From: Methanobacteriota archaeon
GTDB taxonomy: Archaea; Methanobacteriota; Methanobacteria; Methanobacteriales; Methanobacteriaceae
Reading direction: 5' to 3'
Assembly (NCBI GenBank): GCA_963787255.1
Contig: CAWBCJ010000010.1
Coordinates: 64,001-128,000, forward strand
DNA length: 64,000 nucleotides
Shown here: piece by piece, positions 20,892 through 33,494 of the stretch
Layout of the letters: each line of letters opens with the position of its first letter
How positions within the stretch are numbered: position 1 is the first letter of the stretch
The notes under the pieces: model-generated
What the model saw: only the letters and a program-made list of their open reading frames with translations
Database searches by the model: none
Told to the model about the DNA's origin: nothing
Translations under genes and position numbers: made by a program

Positions 20892-21701
20892 ATGGACTTG
20901 AAATATAAATTAGGAATAGTAATAGTCATAATCATATTTATCGCTTATTTAGCATTCATCCCATCAGATAATTCTGAAAGAATACAAATAGCTGGTTCAA
21001 CATCTGTTCAACCAGTAGCAGAAAAATTAGCTGCCAAATTTCAAGAAATGCATCCAAACATCAAAATAAATGTACAGGGTGGAGGATCAAGCCTTGGTAT
21101 AAGCAGCGTATCACAAGGTATAACTCAAATAGGTACCAGTTCAAGAGAATTAACCCAAAAAGAAAAAGTTGGGCTAAATGAATATATTATAGGAAAAGAA
21201 GGCATAGTTATTGCTGTTAATAATGAAAATAACATTACTAATTTAAACAAAAATCAAATCAAAGACATCTTCAGTGGTAAAATCACTAACTGGAAAGAAG
21301 TCGGAGGTCCTGATTTAGAAATTCACGTTATAACAAGAGAATCAGGTTCAGGTACAAGATCAGCATTTGAAAATTTAATAATGGGCAAAGGTACCAAAAT
21401 AAGAAACGATGCCATAGTTCAAAGCTCAACAGAATCTGTTAAACAGGCAGTAAGGCAAGATCCAGGTGCAATTGGATTTGTTTCATTAGCACGTATGAGT
21501 AGCGATGTTAAAGCATTGGAAATTGATGGTGTCACACCATCAGAAGAAAGTGTTTCTGATGGTTCTTATGCTATACAGACACCATTTATCTTTATAGTAA
21601 AAGGCGAGCCAAAAGGTACTGTAAAGGAATTTATAGACTTTACATTAAGTCCAGAAGGTCAGGCCATTGTTAAAGGAGAAAAAGTTGTACCAGTAAAATG
21701 A
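20892..21701 (+). CDS. pstS: Phosphate-binding protein PstS copy 2
   Basis: AGSTSVQPV and RESGSGTR motifs; N-terminal membrane anchor. Confidence 0.93.
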   Translation: MDLKYKLGIVIVIIIFIAYLAFIPSDNSERIQIAGSTSVQPVAEKLAAKFQEMHPNIKINVQGGGSSLGISSVSQGITQIGTSSRELTQKEKVGLNEYIIGKEGIVIAVNNENNITNLNKNQIKDIFSGKITNWKEVGGPDLEIHVITRESGSGTRSAFENLIMGKGTKIRNDAIVQSSTESVKQAVRQDPGAIGFVSLARMSSDVKALEIDGVTPSEESVSDGSYAIQTPFIFIVKGEPKGTVKEFIDFTLSPEGQAIVKGEKVVPVK

Positions 21702-21769
21702 AGATTAAGAGGATATAAATCTCTTTCACTCAAACTAACCTTATTTCAGACTAAAATAGAGGTGCAAGA

Positions 21770-22643
21770 ATGACGAAATTTGAAGAATTTTTAGTAGAGA
21801 AGGGTCTTTTTATAACGGCCATTTTATCTATCATTGTTATTGTTTTAATCATAGGATTTATTTTCAGAGAGGGTCTTCCAGCAATGGAGAGTTATGGATT
21901 CTTAAATTTTATATTTGGAATGAACTGGTCCCCATCAGAGGACCAATACGGCGTTTTCACCATGATAGTTGGTTCAATAGGTATAACGCTTCTTTCACTG
22001 CTCTTTGCAGTACCCTTATCTTTACTCTGTGCCATATTCTTGGCGGAAATCGCACCGCAAACCATGAGAAGGATATTAAAGCCAGTTATTGAGACTCTTG
22101 CAGGTATTCCTTCTGTTGTATACGGATTTTTTGGACTTATAGTCCTTGTTCCATTTATGAGAGAACAATTTGGAGGAACCGGTTTCAGCATGCTTACAGC
22201 ATCTTTAATTCTAACAGTAATGATCCTTCCAACAATTATCAGTATATCTGAGGACGCTTTAAAGTCTGTTCCCTATGAATACAAAGAAGCGTCCCTTGCT
22301 TTGGGAGCAACTCACTGGCAGACTATAAAAAATGTTTTATTCCCTGCAGCCATCCCTGGAATTATAACTGCAATAATACTTGGGAATGGGTAGGGCTGTA
22401 GGAGAAACTTTAGCAGTTATCATGGTTGCAGGAAACGTTGCACAAATTCCAAATTCAATATTTGATCCTGTAAGGGCATTAACATCAAACATAGCCCTGG
22501 AAATGGGTTATGCAACAGGACTTCATTACAATGCACTCTTTGCAACAGGAATAGTGCTGTTTATGATGATAATGATCCTTCTTATAATAGCCAACTACTT
22601 CCACTACAAAAAGAAGGTTGTTATCGGTGGAGGGTACTTATAA
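21770..22643 (+). CDS. pstC: Phosphate ABC permease PstC (extra G near 22383)
   Basis: [10 protein letters not shown] and EASLALGA, then [10 protein letters not shown] in the shifted frame. Confidence 0.9.
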
Positions 22644-22685
22644 TGTTCAAATTTCAGTTTAAATCACTTTTTGGAGGTTTGAAAG

Positions 22686-23534
22686 TTGAATAGAATTATA
22701 TCTCCTAAACTGGCTCAAACAATTATGAAAGGTCTATTTTGGGCATCTGGGATCATAACTGTCATAATACTCCTTGTAATCATAGGATACATTCTTTATA
22801 AAGGATTACCTGTGGTGAATTTAAGTTTTATATTCACTAATCCTATAGATTCCGGTAGATCTGGTGGTATATTCCCTATGATTGTATCAAGTTTATATGT
22901 GACTTTTATAGCAATTCTGGTTGCCACACCTTTAGGTGTTGGTGCAGCAGTTTATCTGGCGGAATATGCGGGAGAAGGTACAATAGTCAAATTAATTAGA
23001 TTTGGAGCAGAAACACTAGCATCAATTCCTTCTATAGTATTTGGATTATTTGGATTGGCGTTTTTCGTAGTTTACCTTGGACTTGGATGGTGTGTACTCT
23101 CTGGAGGATTAATATTAGCTCTTATGGCGCTTCCTACGATTTTACAGGTATCTGAAGTTTCACTGGAAGCAGTACCCAAATCTTACAGGGAAGGAAGCCT
23201 TGCAATAGGTGCTACAAAATGGCAAACAATTTATAGAGTTGTATTGCCTGCAGGAATTCCTGGAATTACAACAGGTGTAATTTTAGGACTTGCAAGAGCT
23301 ATCTCAGAGGCAGCAGCAATTTTATTTGCTGTAGGTGCTGCATTATCAGTTCCTATATCAATTTTTGATCCGGCAAGACCTCTTCCACTGCACCTTTATA
23401 TAATAGCAACAGAGGGTATATCCCTGGATAATGCATATGGTACGGCAGCCGTTTTGGTGATTTTAGTGCTTACAATTACCGTTGTTACAAATACATTAGT
23501 TGAAAGATACTCAAAGAAGATGATGGGGAGATAG
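22686..23534 (+). CDS. pstA: Phosphate ABC permease PstA
   Basis: [13 protein letters not shown] and EGSLAIGA motifs. Confidence 0.93.
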   Translation: MNRIISPKLAQTIMKGLFWASGIITVIILLVIIGYILYKGLPVVNLSFIFTNPIDSGRSGGIFPMIVSSLYVTFIAILVATPLGVGAAVYLAEYAGEGTIVKLIRFGAETLASIPSIVFGLFGLAFFVVYLGLGWCVLSGGLILALMALPTILQVSEVSLEAVPKSYREGSLAIGATKWQTIYRVVLPAGIPGITTGVILGLARAISEAAAILFAVGAALSVPISIFDPARPLPLHLYIIATEGISLDNAYGTAAVLVILVLTITVVTNTLVERYSKKMMGR

Positions 23535-23535
23535 A

Positions 23536-24291
23536 ATGGATTACAGAATTGAAGTTGAAGATTTAAACGTTTACTTTGGCGAAGCACATATTTTAAAGGA
23601 TATTAACCTTAAAATTCGTAAAAATAAAGTTACTTCACTTATTGGACCTTCAGGTTGTGGAAAATCAACATTTATACGAACTTTAAACCGTATGAATGAT
23701 TTAATTGACACATTTAAGCATAATGGTGCAGTGCTTTTAGACGGCAAAGATATTTATGATCCTAAAATTGATGTTGTGGATTTAAGAAAAAAGATTGGAA
23801 TGGTATTTCAAAAGCCAAATCCATTTCCAAAATCAATTTTTGATAATGTAGCGTATGGTTTGAGGGTACATGGGATTTCAGATAAGGATGTTTTAACTGA
23901 AAAAGTTGAAGAAAGCCTGAAAGCTGCTGCATTATGGGATGAAGTTAAAGATAAAATGGACATGTCTGCAATGGGACTTTCAGGAGGGCAACAGCAGAGA
24001 TTGTGTATTGCAAGAACAATAGCTGTAAATCCGGAAGTTATTTTAATGGACGAACCAGCATCTGCTCTTGATCCTATTTCAACAACAAAAATAGAGGATT
24101 TGGTTCACAAATTAAAGAAAAATTATACCATAATAATCGTTACACACAACATGCAGCAAGCTACAAGGGTTTCTAAGTACACAGCATTCTTCTTAAACGG
24201 TGAAATTGTAGAAAGTGGTCTTACTGACAGATTATTCATGGAACCTGAAGATAAACGTACTGAAGATTACATAACTGGTAGATTTGGATAA
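23536..24291 (+). CDS. pstB: Phosphate ABC ATPase PstB
   Basis: [23 protein letters not shown] and YITGRFG motifs. Confidence 0.97.
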   Translation: MDYRIEVEDLNVYFGEAHILKDINLKIRKNKVTSLIGPSGCGKSTFIRTLNRMNDLIDTFKHNGAVLLDGKDIYDPKIDVVDLRKKIGMVFQKPNPFPKSIFDNVAYGLRVHGISDKDVLTEKVEESLKAAALWDEVKDKMDMSAMGLSGGQQQRLCIARTIAVNPEVILMDEPASALDPISTTKIEDLVHKLKKNYTIIIVTHNMQQATRVSKYTAFFLNGEIVESGLTDRLFMEPEDKRTEDYITGRFG

Positions 24292-24355
24292 ATAAATTAA
24301 AAAAATTCAATTGGATTAAAGTACATAATAATGTTGTAGTGTAAGGTGGATAAAA

Positions 24356-25012
24356 ATGAAAAGATATCCAAGAGTGCAGTTTAGAAAAAGGTTAAGGGAA
24401 TTGAAAGAAGAAGTAGATGAAATGGGGCAACTGACCCTTAAAGCACAGAAAAAGGCTATGGAAATATTGAATGATTTTAATGAAGAAAAGTTGAAATTTG
24501 TAGATGAAGCCGGCGAAAAGATAGATATGATGAATTTTGATTTAGAAAGAAGATGTATGGGTATAATAGCATCAGAACAGCCGGTTGCTAAGGATTTAAG
24601 GTTTATAGAGGCGTGTATTAAGGTCGGAAGCCATTTAAAGAGAATGGTAAGTCTGGCTGTAAACATCGCTGAAGTTGCAAAAAATATAAAAAGTGAGGAA
24701 ATTCCCCCAAGACCAATTGAAGACCTTACTTATATGTCAAATATCGTTCAGATGATGGTAAGTAAAGGGCTTTATGCATTTTTAGATCAGAACATGAACA
24801 TGGCAAGGGAATTAAGACAGGATGACGATAAGGTAGATGATTTATTCGATAAATCGCTTACTAATATTACAAAAAGCATGTTCGAAGATAAGGATTCAAT
24901 ATCATACTTGGTATATCTTTTATTCGTTGCAAGATTCCTGGAGAGGACTGCCGATCGTGCTGTGAGCATTGGAGATAGAACAATCTTCATGATGACTTGT
25001 GAAAAACCATAA
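24356..25012 (+). CDS. phoU: Phosphate signalling protein PhoU
   Basis: [13 protein letters not shown] and LERTADRA motifs; end of the pst operon. Confidence 0.93.
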   Translation: MKRYPRVQFRKRLRELKEEVDEMGQLTLKAQKKAMEILNDFNEEKLKFVDEAGEKIDMMNFDLERRCMGIIASEQPVAKDLRFIEACIKVGSHLKRMVSLAVNIAEVAKNIKSEEIPPRPIEDLTYMSNIVQMMVSKGLYAFLDQNMNMARELRQDDDKVDDLFDKSLTNITKSMFEDKDSISYLVYLLFVARFLERTADRAVSIGDRTIFMMTCEKP

Positions 25013-25139
25013 AGCAGTTTTAAGTAATTTAGCTTAAAACTCTGATTTATTCTTTTTTTGGATTAATAGTGAATACAAATCAAATTAAAGATTAATACAT
25101 AGTAGTTATATTTGAACTCTTTTTTTTGAGGTAATATTT

Positions 25140-25559
25140 TTGAATTATTATATCTTTGCATTGATAACAGCGTTTCTATTTGGATTAGCACCAATATTTG
25201 GGAAATTGGGCCTTGAAGGGGTTAATCCTGCACTTGCTTTATGCATCAGGAGTTTTATAATCAGCGGGATTATGCGGGGTTGGCTATTATTGAATAGGGA
25301 TGTAAGTCCTTTGGTGGATGTTAGCATGACAAGTTGGGGGCTTATTGCTTTAGAAGGGATATGTGCAGCTCTTTTAGGTCAATTGTTTTATTATTACGCG
25401 CTTAAATCTGGTGAGCCTTCAGTTGTGGTGCCTCTTATTGCTGTTTTTCCTATTTTTACGTTCATTATTGCTACTATCTTTTTAGGAGATAAGATATCAT
25501 TAAGTAAGGTTGGAGGAGTATTATGTATAGTGTTTGGAGTTATTTTATTGCGGGTTTAG
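25140..25559 (+). CDS. Single-domain EamA/DMT family transporter
   Basis: Five TM helices; YYYALKSGEPSVVVP and FLGDKI motifs. Confidence 0.85.
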   Translation: MNYYIFALITAFLFGLAPIFGKLGLEGVNPALALCIRSFIISGIMRGWLLLNRDVSPLVDVSMTSWGLIALEGICAALLGQLFYYYALKSGEPSVVVPLIAVFPIFTFIIATIFLGDKISLSKVGGVLCIVFGVILLRV

Positions 25560-25669
25560 CAGTATACATTTATAATTGCATTTAATTTACTTTTGTTCTT
25601 ATAATTTTTTTATTTTTAATATTTTTTTTCTGGTTATTGAACCATAAAGAATATATATTTCATAAGACA

Positions 25670-25703
25670 TACACTTCAAGTGTAAAATAAAACACTAAAA
25701 GTG
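25670..25703. promoter_or_regulatory. Paired CACT-N3-AGTG palindromes downstream of a TATA box
   Basis: TACACTTCAAGTGTA (25670-25684) and CACTAAAAGTG (25693-25703), 21 bp apart. Confidence 0.45.
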
Positions 25704-25735
25704 AATATTTTTAACTTCCTTGATTTAAAGAAAAA

Positions 25736-25972
25736 ATGAGGATTGATAATGTGGAAGCTAAATGGAAAAACCACGAGTTAAGAAACGAATTAATAATGAA
25801 TGCAATGGATTATTTAAATAGGAATGAAAATGTTTCTATTAAAGATTTAGCAGATTATACTGGACAAGAATATATTATAATTATACATTTGATGCATGAT
25901 TTAGAAAATCAAGGCTTAATTAAATCAGAAATGTTTTATAATTTAAATAAATTGGATGAAAATAGTAAATAA
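25736..25972 (+). CDS. Small winged-helix-like protein
   Basis: VSIKDLADYTG...LMHDLENQGLIK wHTH pattern. Confidence 0.6.
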   Translation: MRIDNVEAKWKNHELRNELIMNAMDYLNRNENVSIKDLADYTGQEYIIIIHLMHDLENQGLIKSEMFYNLNKLDENSK

Positions 25973-26230
25973 TTTTTTTTATTTTAAATTTAAACTTTTT
26001 TTGTTATTCAATTCTTTATTTTTCACTCTTTAAAGAATTTAAAGAGAAAATGGAATTATGAGTTATTTTTGGTAGGATATAATTACAGAAAATTATATTA
26101 CTAATTTAAGTTATAGTAATAATATACAGTTATGTTGATCAAATCGATTTACAGCTGTATGAATCATTTTGTTATATTGGCCATTGAAATTATGTTTTTT
26201 GGCTAATTATAGGTTTATGAGGTGATATAA

Positions 26231-26473
26231 TTGAAAATAAAGGATGAAGTAATTGGAAGAGAAGTTTTAGATCCTACAGGTCACAAAATTGGTGAAGTAG
26301 AAGACGTTGATGTGAACTTTGAATCAGACAGGATAGAAGCACTGGTTCTTCATGAAGGGGGACGTTTTAGAGGCAAAGAAAGAATAATCCCTTTCAGCAT
26401 GGTCGAAACTGTCGGTGAAAGAATAATCTTAAAAAAAGAGTCCCAAGAAGAATCAATGAGAAGAAGAGGCTAA
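26231..26473 (+). CDS. PRC-barrel domain protein
   Basis: IGREVLDPTGHKIGEVEDV and IPFSMVETVGERIIL motifs; GAGGTGA SD. Confidence 0.9.
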   Translation: MKIKDEVIGREVLDPTGHKIGEVEDVDVNFESDRIEALVLHEGGRFRGKERIIPFSMVETVGERIILKKESQEESMRRRG

Positions 26474-26762
26474 ATGAGGGAGGAATCAATGGAAGGACGA
26501 AGTGAAAGATACTAATAATTTTCTTTTTCAATATTTTTAGCTGTTTTTTAAAAAATAATACTACGCATCATTTTTTTAAGTTTAGACTTCGATACATAGA
26601 TTCTAATTTATCATAAACTGATTCTCTGCATCTGTTTGAGAATCTATTTGTATACCGTCAACTAATTTTCCATTAATGCTTAATGGAACTTTACAGATGT
26701 AGTCATCTTTAAAAGCACTGGAAAAATCTTATTTTTTAAGGAGTTATCATTATTAAACTAAA

Positions 26763-27599
26763 TTAATTTAAAATGGCAGTAGCCTGTCTTGCAGCCCAAC
26801 ATTGAATACAAACTCCAATTGGAAGTCCTGCAGTGTGAGTATCTGCTGTAAGAATTTTAACATCTAGAGCAGTGGTTTTACCCCCAAGGCCCATTGGACC
26901 TATCCCTGTCTGGTTTATTTTTTTTAATATTTCCTCTTCAAGCTCCGCAAGAGTTTCAACAGGGTTTCTTTCCCCAATCTTACTTAAAAGTGCTTTTTTT
27001 GCAAGTTTCATGGCTAAATCCGAAGATCCTCCAATTCCAACACCTACAATTATAGGGGGACATGGTTTCCCTCCAGCGGCTATTACAGTATCAAGCACAA
27101 ATTTTTTAATTCCTTCGATTCCTTCACCGGGTAATGCCATTTTAAGCGCATTGTTATTTTCTGAGCCTATTCCTTTGGGAAAAACAGTTAATTGAAGAAT
27201 TTCATCTTCAACAAGTTCAATATCAACTTGAGGTATTAAATTACCCGTATTATTACCTGTATTTTGCCTGGTTATTGGATCCACCACGTTAGGCCTCAAG
27301 GGAACTTCTTCAGTAGCCCGAGCAACCCCTTTTTTTATTCCTTCAATAAGGTTTTCAACCTTAACATCACCAAGTTTCACAAAAACGATGGGGAGACCAG
27401 TATCCTGACACATTGGAACACCCATTTTTTCGGCAGCCTCAATATTATCCAGTATAGCTTTAAGATTTAGACGTGCAAGCTCATGATCCTCTTGTTTGTA
27501 TGCATCTTCAAGTGCTTTTTTAACATCATCCGGAAGCTTAATAACTGCTTCCTTGAATAAATCGAAAATTGTATCTTCTATTGTACTTTGCGTAATCAT
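26763..27599 (-). CDS. Fe-S fumarate hydratase / tartrate dehydratase alpha subunit
   Basis: PMCQDTG, KGIGSEN, GKPCPP and CWAAR motifs. Confidence 0.92.
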   Translation of the reverse strand: MITQSTIEDTIFDLFKEAVIKLPDDVKKALEDAYKQEDHELARLNLKAILDNIEAAEKMGVPMCQDTGLPIVFVKLGDVKVENLIEGIKKGVARATEEVPLRPNVVDPITRQNTGNNTGNLIPQVDIELVEDEILQLTVFPKGIGSENNNALKMALPGEGIEGIKKFVLDTVIAAGGKPCPPIIVGVGIGGSSDLAMKLAKKALLSKIGERNPVETLAELEEEILKKINQTGIGPMGLGGKTTALDVKILTADTHTAGLPIGVCIQCWAARQATAILN

Positions 27600-27828
27600 T
27601 GTATCTACCTAGAAGTTTAATTTAAAGATAAATAAAGTATCTTAAAATAAATTAGAATATATATCTATTAGTCTTAAGATTCATTATTCTTCTAACAAAA
27701 TTATAAGATAAATTTTTCATATGTGAAAAAAAAATTCAAGAAATAAATGAAAATATAAAAACAAATAGAATTTTTAACACATTTAAAAGATTTAAAAAAA
27801 ATGTAAAAATAAAAAAATACAGGCTTAA

Positions 27829-28260
27829 TCAGTATTTCATGATCATTTTAAGCCTTTCAAGTTCTTTAGCAACCTTTTCACGCTTTTCAGATACCATTTC
27901 CTCTGAATCTACACATAAACCACCTGTAGGGCATGTAAGAACGCAACGAGGTGTTTCCTGATCAATACATAGATTACATTTCTTTGCAATTCCTTGTTCA
28001 TCCATATAGATTGCTCCAATTGGACAGGAATCCCTGCAAAGACCGCATCCTATACAGGCATCTTCATTAACTATAATTGCACCATCAACTTCTTCAATGG
28101 CATCTTCTGGGCAAATAGTTAGACATGGAGCTCTATCTGGTGCACAGTGTAAGCAGTGAATTGAAACGCCACTAATAACTCTTATTGCATTTTGAGGACA
28201 TTCCCGTTCGCATTTTGAACATTCCTCGCAAAGTTCCGGCCGTGAAATTAACTCTTTCAT
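27829..28260 (-). CDS. porF: Pyruvate:ferredoxin oxidoreductase-associated Fe-S protein PorF
   Basis: Multiple CxxCxxCxxxC motifs; last gene of the por operon; ATG at 28260. Confidence 0.85.
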   Translation of the reverse strand: MKELISRPELCEECSKCERECPQNAIRVISGVSIHCLHCAPDRAPCLTICPEDAIEEVDGAIIVNEDACIGCGLCRDSCPIGAIYMDEQGIAKKCNLCIDQETPRCVLTCPTGGLCVDSEEMVSEKREKVAKELERLKMIMKY

Positions 28261-28270
28261 TTTATGCCTC

Positions 28271-28762
28271 CTATTTAAGAGCATCCTTTGCCCTTGAACC
28301 ATGTGTTAAAATGTCTACAATACCTTTCTTTTTAGGCTTTTTACCGATGCCAGCAATCTTTTCGATGTGTTTAGCCTGCTTTTCAAGCTTCATCTTTTCA
28401 GCATCTACAAGAGTAATCGCTCGTTTTGAACATGATTTGATACATGCTGGCGTGTCAAGATCAGGGCACTGACTGCATTTTTGTGCCTTTCGCTCGTGCA
28501 TTACAACTGACCCAAATGGGCAGATAAGCATACAAAGTGAACAGCCTATACATTTTTCAGTGTCTACTGATTTGTCATCGATTGCTTCAGTTGGACAGAT
28601 TCTCTTACAGGGAGCATCTTCGCACTGCTGGCAAATAATAGGGTAGTAAGAACCTTCGACTTCTCTTACCATGATTCTTGATGCGCCGTGAAGCTGTGCG
28701 CAAGCTTCTTCACAATCCATGCATCCATCGCAAATCTCTGGTTGTATTAGTATCTTATCCAA
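28271..28762 (-). CDS. porE: Pyruvate:ferredoxin oxidoreductase-associated Fe-S protein PorE
   Basis: [16 protein letters not shown] and CIGCSLC motifs; TTG at 28762. Confidence 0.85.
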   Translation of the reverse strand: MDKILIQPEICDGCMDCEEACAQLHGASRIMVREVEGSYYPIICQQCEDAPCKRICPTEAIDDKSVDTEKCIGCSLCMLICPFGSVVMHERKAQKCSQCPDLDTPACIKSCSKRAITLVDAEKMKLEKQAKHIEKIAGIGKKPKKKGIVDILTHGSRAKDALK

Positions 28763-28775
28763 GATTATATTCCCC

Positions 28776-29642
28776 CTATATTTTAAGTTCAGCGCAGACT
28801 TGATTAACGTAAGTTTGAATCTTTTCTTTTTCTTCGTCAGCAAGGTGTTTAAACCGTTTTTGAGCATTTAAGTATTCATTTACAGGTTTTCTTTGAAGTG
28901 GTCTGTATGTTACTTTAAACTCGCCATCAACAATTTCATAAAGTATCCATGCACCAGTATCAACGGCTAATCTTCCAAGTTCTATGGTTTTTGATGAATC
29001 GTAACCCCATCCTGTTGTACATGGCTGATGAAGGTGAATATAAGCAGGTCCTTCCATTTCAGAAGCTTTTTTAACCTTCTTCATGAAGTCTTCAGGATAT
29101 GAAATTGATGCTGTTGCAACATAGGGCACGCCATGGGCTGCCATTATCATTGGAATGTTTTTCTTTGGCTTATCTTCACCAAAACTTTCTTTTCCGTGTG
29201 GTGATGTAGTTGTTGATGCACCATATGGTGTTGCACCGCTTCTTTGGACCCCAGTGTTCATATAAGCTTCGTTATCGTAACAAATGTATATTAGGTTGTG
29301 TCCTCTTTCCATTGCTCCGGATAATGATTGAAGTCCTATATCTGCTGTTCCACCATCACCAGCAAAGACAACTACGTTAACGTCATCTTTCCCTTGGGAT
29401 TTAAGAGCCCTTTCAACTCCGGAGGCTACAGCTGCCGCATTTTCAAATGCTACATGAATCCATGGAACTTCCCATGCAGTTTCAGGGTATTGGGATGTAA
29501 TAACCTCTAAACATCCTGTTGCAGATACTGCTACGGTGTTTTCACCGAGCATTTTAAGTGCAAGTCTTGCCCCTATAGTAGCACCACATCCGGCACATGC
29601 TCTGTGTCCTGGAGCGAGAAATTCTTGTTCAGGTATTTCCAT
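28776..29642 (-). CDS. porB: Pyruvate synthase beta subunit
   Basis: GHRACAGCG and TPP motif [13 protein letters not shown]. Confidence 0.96.
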   Translation of the reverse strand: MEIPEQEFLAPGHRACAGCGATIGARLALKMLGENTVAVSATGCLEVITSQYPETAWEVPWIHVAFENAAAVASGVERALKSQGKDDVNVVVFAGDGGTADIGLQSLSGAMERGHNLIYICYDNEAYMNTGVQRSGATPYGASTTTSPHGKESFGEDKPKKNIPMIMAAHGVPYVATASISYPEDFMKKVKKASEMEGPAYIHLHQPCTTGWGYDSSKTIELGRLAVDTGAWILYEIVDGEFKVTYRPLQRKPVNEYLNAQKRFKHLADEEKEKIQTYVNQVCAELKI

Positions 29643-29643
29643 C

Positions 29644-30799
29644 TTAACTTTCCTCCTCTTTGAGTCCAATCCAGTTAATTTTATCGCTATCGGTTGAATT
29701 TTTTGTTATATTTACTATGTTTCTAATGTCTTCAGGAGCTACGTCACGTCCACCAAGACCTAAAATGAATCCTCTTGCATCTACATCCATTTTAGCTTTT
29801 ATTTCGTTGAATAAGACTCCACCGATACCAAATGATATGTTTTTATCCAAAACAGCTATTTTGTTTGCATTTTTAACTGCTTCATAAATTTCATCCTTTG
29901 GAAATGGCCTGAAAACCATTACTTTAAGAAGTCCAACTTTTTCTCCTTCTTCCCTTAGGTGGTCTATAACTGCTTTAATTGTACCACAGATTGATCCCAT
30001 AGCTACAATAATTATTTCAGCATCTTCACACATGTAATTTTCAACGAAACCATATTCGCGACCGAATTTTTCCGCAAATTCTTTATTAACGCTTCTTATG
30101 ATATCTTTGGATCCTTCCATTGCTACTTCCATGTCATATCTTGCTTCCATGTAGTAATTTGGATCTGTGAATGTTCCAAGTGACATTGGATTCTTTTGGA
30201 TCAAGATAGGAATGTTTTGGTTCATATCCTGGTAGGAATTCATCTACTTCTTCCTGTGATGGAACATCAACAGGTTCAACTGTGTGAGTAAGTATAAATC
30301 CATCTACACAAACCATACTTGGAAGTAGTACATCGTTGTTTTCAGAAATTTTGTAAGCTTGTAATACAAAGTCAAGTGCTTCTTGAGCATTTTCAGCATA
30401 AAATTGGAGCCATCCAGTATCTCTTTGAGAAATAGAGTCTTGATGATCGTTCCATATGCTTAATGGTGCTGATAGCGCTCTGTTTGCATTTCCCATTACT
30501 ATTGGGTTTCTAAGTCCTGCAGCTGCAAATAAAATTTCGTGCATTAATGCTAAACCCTGTGATGATGTTGCTGTAAATACTCTAACACCAGTTCCAGAAG
30601 CACCTACTGCTGCACTTATTGCACTGTGTTCAGATTCAACTCTTATGTACTCTGCAGGGAGATCTCCATCTGCAACGAATTTTGCCAGGTATTCTGAAAT
30701 TGAAGTCTGGGGAGTTATTGGATAAACAGGGACAACATTTGGTTTTGCAAGTCTAACAGCTTCAGCAATTGCTCTATTTGCAGAAATCACTTTAAGCAT
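29644..30799 (-). CDS. porA: Pyruvate synthase alpha subunit (+1 frameshift near 30195)
   Basis: YPITPQT, VESEHSA and ATSSQG, then FRPFP and GLGGRD in the second frame. Confidence 0.93.
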
Positions 30800-31042
30800 T
30801 TATTCTCTCTCCATTTTAATGGCTTTAACAGGACATTCTTCGGCACATATGCCACATCCTTTACAGTAATCGTAATCTATTTCATTTTCTTTATTTATGC
30901 ATCCTTCTGGGCAAAACAAGAAACAATTTTCGCAATCAATACATTTTTCTTTATCCAGGGTGGGTTTAAAGGTTCTCCAGCTGCCTGTTTTGTTTTGTTT
31001 GCTGCTTCCTGGCTCTCGAACAGTTGCTCCTTTGGCTGTCAT
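30800..31042 (-). CDS. porD: Pyruvate synthase delta subunit
   Basis: TGSWRTFKP and two 4Fe-4S motifs. Confidence 0.95.
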   Translation of the reverse strand: MTAKGATVREPGSSKQNKTGSWRTFKPTLDKEKCIDCENCFLFCPEGCINKENEIDYDYCKGCGICAEECPVKAIKMERE

Positions 31043-31046
31043 GAAA

Positions 31047-31580
31047 TCACCTATTTTTAATTTCTTCGTATGCTATTTTAGCGGCTTCAGCATTCTTTTC
31101 GCCTATTTTTCCGGGGAAAGTTTCTTTAGTTATTTTTATAATGGAATCAAGCGTTACTATACCTGTTGCACTGGCAAATGCCCCTAACATAACGGTATTA
31201 ACTATTGGAATTCCTAAAATATCAAGTGCAATTCCAGTAGCATCAATGCTGTAAGAATCTACATCTTCTCCAAGATTAACATCATTTGTTGTGTTTATTA
31301 TTACTTTTCCATCTTCTTTAAGCCCAGATAATACATCTACAGCTTCTAAAAGAGTTTCATCTAATACAATAACATAATCAGGGTTATAAACTTGATATCT
31401 TCTTCTTATTGGTCTATCATTAATTCTTGAAAACGCCATGACTGGTGCGCCTTTTCGCTCAGCACCGAAGAATGGGAATGCTTGACAATACTTTCCATCT
31501 TCAAACGCTGCTTTTGCTAAAATCTCAGCAGCGGTTACTGCGCCCTGTCCTCCACGTCCATGAAATCGAATTTCGATCAT
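31047..31580 (-). CDS. porC: Pyruvate synthase gamma subunit
   Basis: [13 protein letters not shown] and [10 protein letters not shown] motifs. Confidence 0.95.
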
Positions 31581-31783
31581 ACTGTACCTCCATTCCTCAT
31601 GTATAATCATTATAAATTATTATATATAAATGTTGTACATGAACTTATACAATAATATGTGAAAATTTTTGCAATAAATAAAAGAGTATGGATATATAAA
31701 AATTTAGCTTAAAAGGAACATATAATATCCAGATTACTCTTAAAATCAACATAAAGTTTTAAAATCTAATTTAGAGGTAGATT

Positions 31784-33353
31784 ATGAAAGTTCTTATAGT
31801 AACTGGAAAACTCGCAAGCAGCACAGTTAAAAAGGTTTCAAATAAATCAAAACAAGAAACACATGTTTATATAGTAGACACGCCCATTGCTGCTTTTTTA
31901 ACTCCTAAAAAAATACTTGAGGAAATTAAAAATCTTGAAGATCCAGATTATACAATCCTTTGACATGATAATCGTTCCTGGACTTATTCGCAAAGATGTA
32001 AGCGAGATAGAATCAAAAACAGGAATTCCTACATATAAAGGTTCAACAAATGCGGCAGACCTAAATATAGTACTGGATATGGCCGAAGAATTAGAACTTT
32101 CACCAAAAAAACCTGCTGACAAGCTGATTGAAGAAGAACTCCAAAAAAGAGCACTCCAATTTATTGAAAATTTTGAAAATGACAGAAAAAATACTAAAAA
32201 GCTTCTAAAAAAGTCTGAAAATATTATTATAGGTAATTTGCCTGTTGGCGAAGATTTTCCAATGAGGGTGCTTGCTGAAATTGCCAACGCACCATTACTT
32301 AATAAGGACGAGTTAATTAAGCGCGCTAAGTATTTTGTAGAAAACGGCGCGCAGATGATAGATATTGGAATGATTGCAGGGGAAACAAGGGCAAATGAAA
32401 TACCAAAAATGGTTAAAACATTAAAAGAAAACTTAAACGGCATACCTGTGAGTATAGATACACTAAATCCTGTTGAAATTAAGGCGGCGGTTGAAGCTGG
32501 CGTTGACATGGTTTTAAGTCTTGATCTTGGAAACTGTGAGGAAGTTTTACCTTTAATGAAAGAAAAAAAGATTCCTGCAGTTATTCTTCCAACTAATTTC
32601 AGCAAAAACTGGACACCTACAACTGTTGAAGAGCGTGTGAATGCTCTTGAAGAGTTAATGGAAAAATGCAGCGGAATTGATGTGATTGCTGACTTAATTC
32701 TTGATCCCATTAACAGCCAAAGCATGGTTGAATCAATAATTGCTTGTCACGAGTTTAAAAAGCGTAACAAAGTCCCTCTGTTTTTTGGAGTTGGAAATGT
32801 CACAGAGCTTCTCGATACAGATTCAGTTGGAGTGAATGCATTACTTTCAGGGATTGCAATGGAACTTGGTGCAAGCATACTATTTACACCTGAAGAAAGT
32901 GGTAAAACAATTGGAAGCGTTCATGAACTTGCAGTTTCATCTAAAATGATGTTTTTAGCTAAAAATAGGGGTTCTATACCAAAAGACCTTGGAATAAATT
33001 TGATAGTCTTAAAAGATAAACGCAAAGGAGAATCCATAACTGAAGAAATCGATGTACCCGTTTTAGAAGGTGCAGAAGACTATAAATTCACACAAGATCC
33101 TCATGGAAGCTTTAAAATAATGGCCGATAACGGATTTATTAAAGCTATTCACTATGTAAAAATGAAACCTGACTTGATTATTAGAGGAGAAACTGCAAAA
33201 AGTATTTACGACGAGATAATTAAGAATGGTCTTGTTTCGAGGCTTGAACATGCTACGTATCTTGGTGCGGAACTGCAGAAGGCAGAAATAGCAGCAGAAC
33301 TTAATAAAAGTTATATTCAGGATTTTCCATTATTTAAAAAGCAGAAGTATTAA
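31784..33353 (+). CDS. Archaeal dihydropteroate-synthase-related protein (frameshift near 31948)
   Basis: [12 protein letters not shown]-terminus in another frame; pterin-binding barrel ([17 protein letters not shown]); C-terminal [13 protein letters not shown]. Confidence 0.85.
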
Positions 33354-33494
33354 ATTAGTATTTTTCACTACCTAAGGCTTTTTATAAATATAAGAAACTT
33401 TTAATCAATGATATTCTTAAATAAAAATGATATTGAAAAATTTAATTTTAATTAATGTAAATAGTATTTATTCAATTTTAGTTGGAGCATTAAA

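Noticed and set aside
25670-25686. ORB-like TTACACTTGAA on the minus strand
   Set aside because: Single copy, better explained as a palindromic operator
26560-26750. Coding-like fragment downstream of fumarase alpha (minus strand)
   Set aside because: No start or SD, and no recognisable homology
30185-30200. Programmed frameshifting in porA or pstC
   Set aside because: No slippery heptamer or stimulatory structure; a shared +1 homopolymer pattern points to consensus error
31898-32725. 275-aa minus-strand ORF and similar antisense ORFs over cdh, por, pst and MATE
   Set aside because: Antisense shadows of well-supported genes; S/I/F-rich with no motifs or SD
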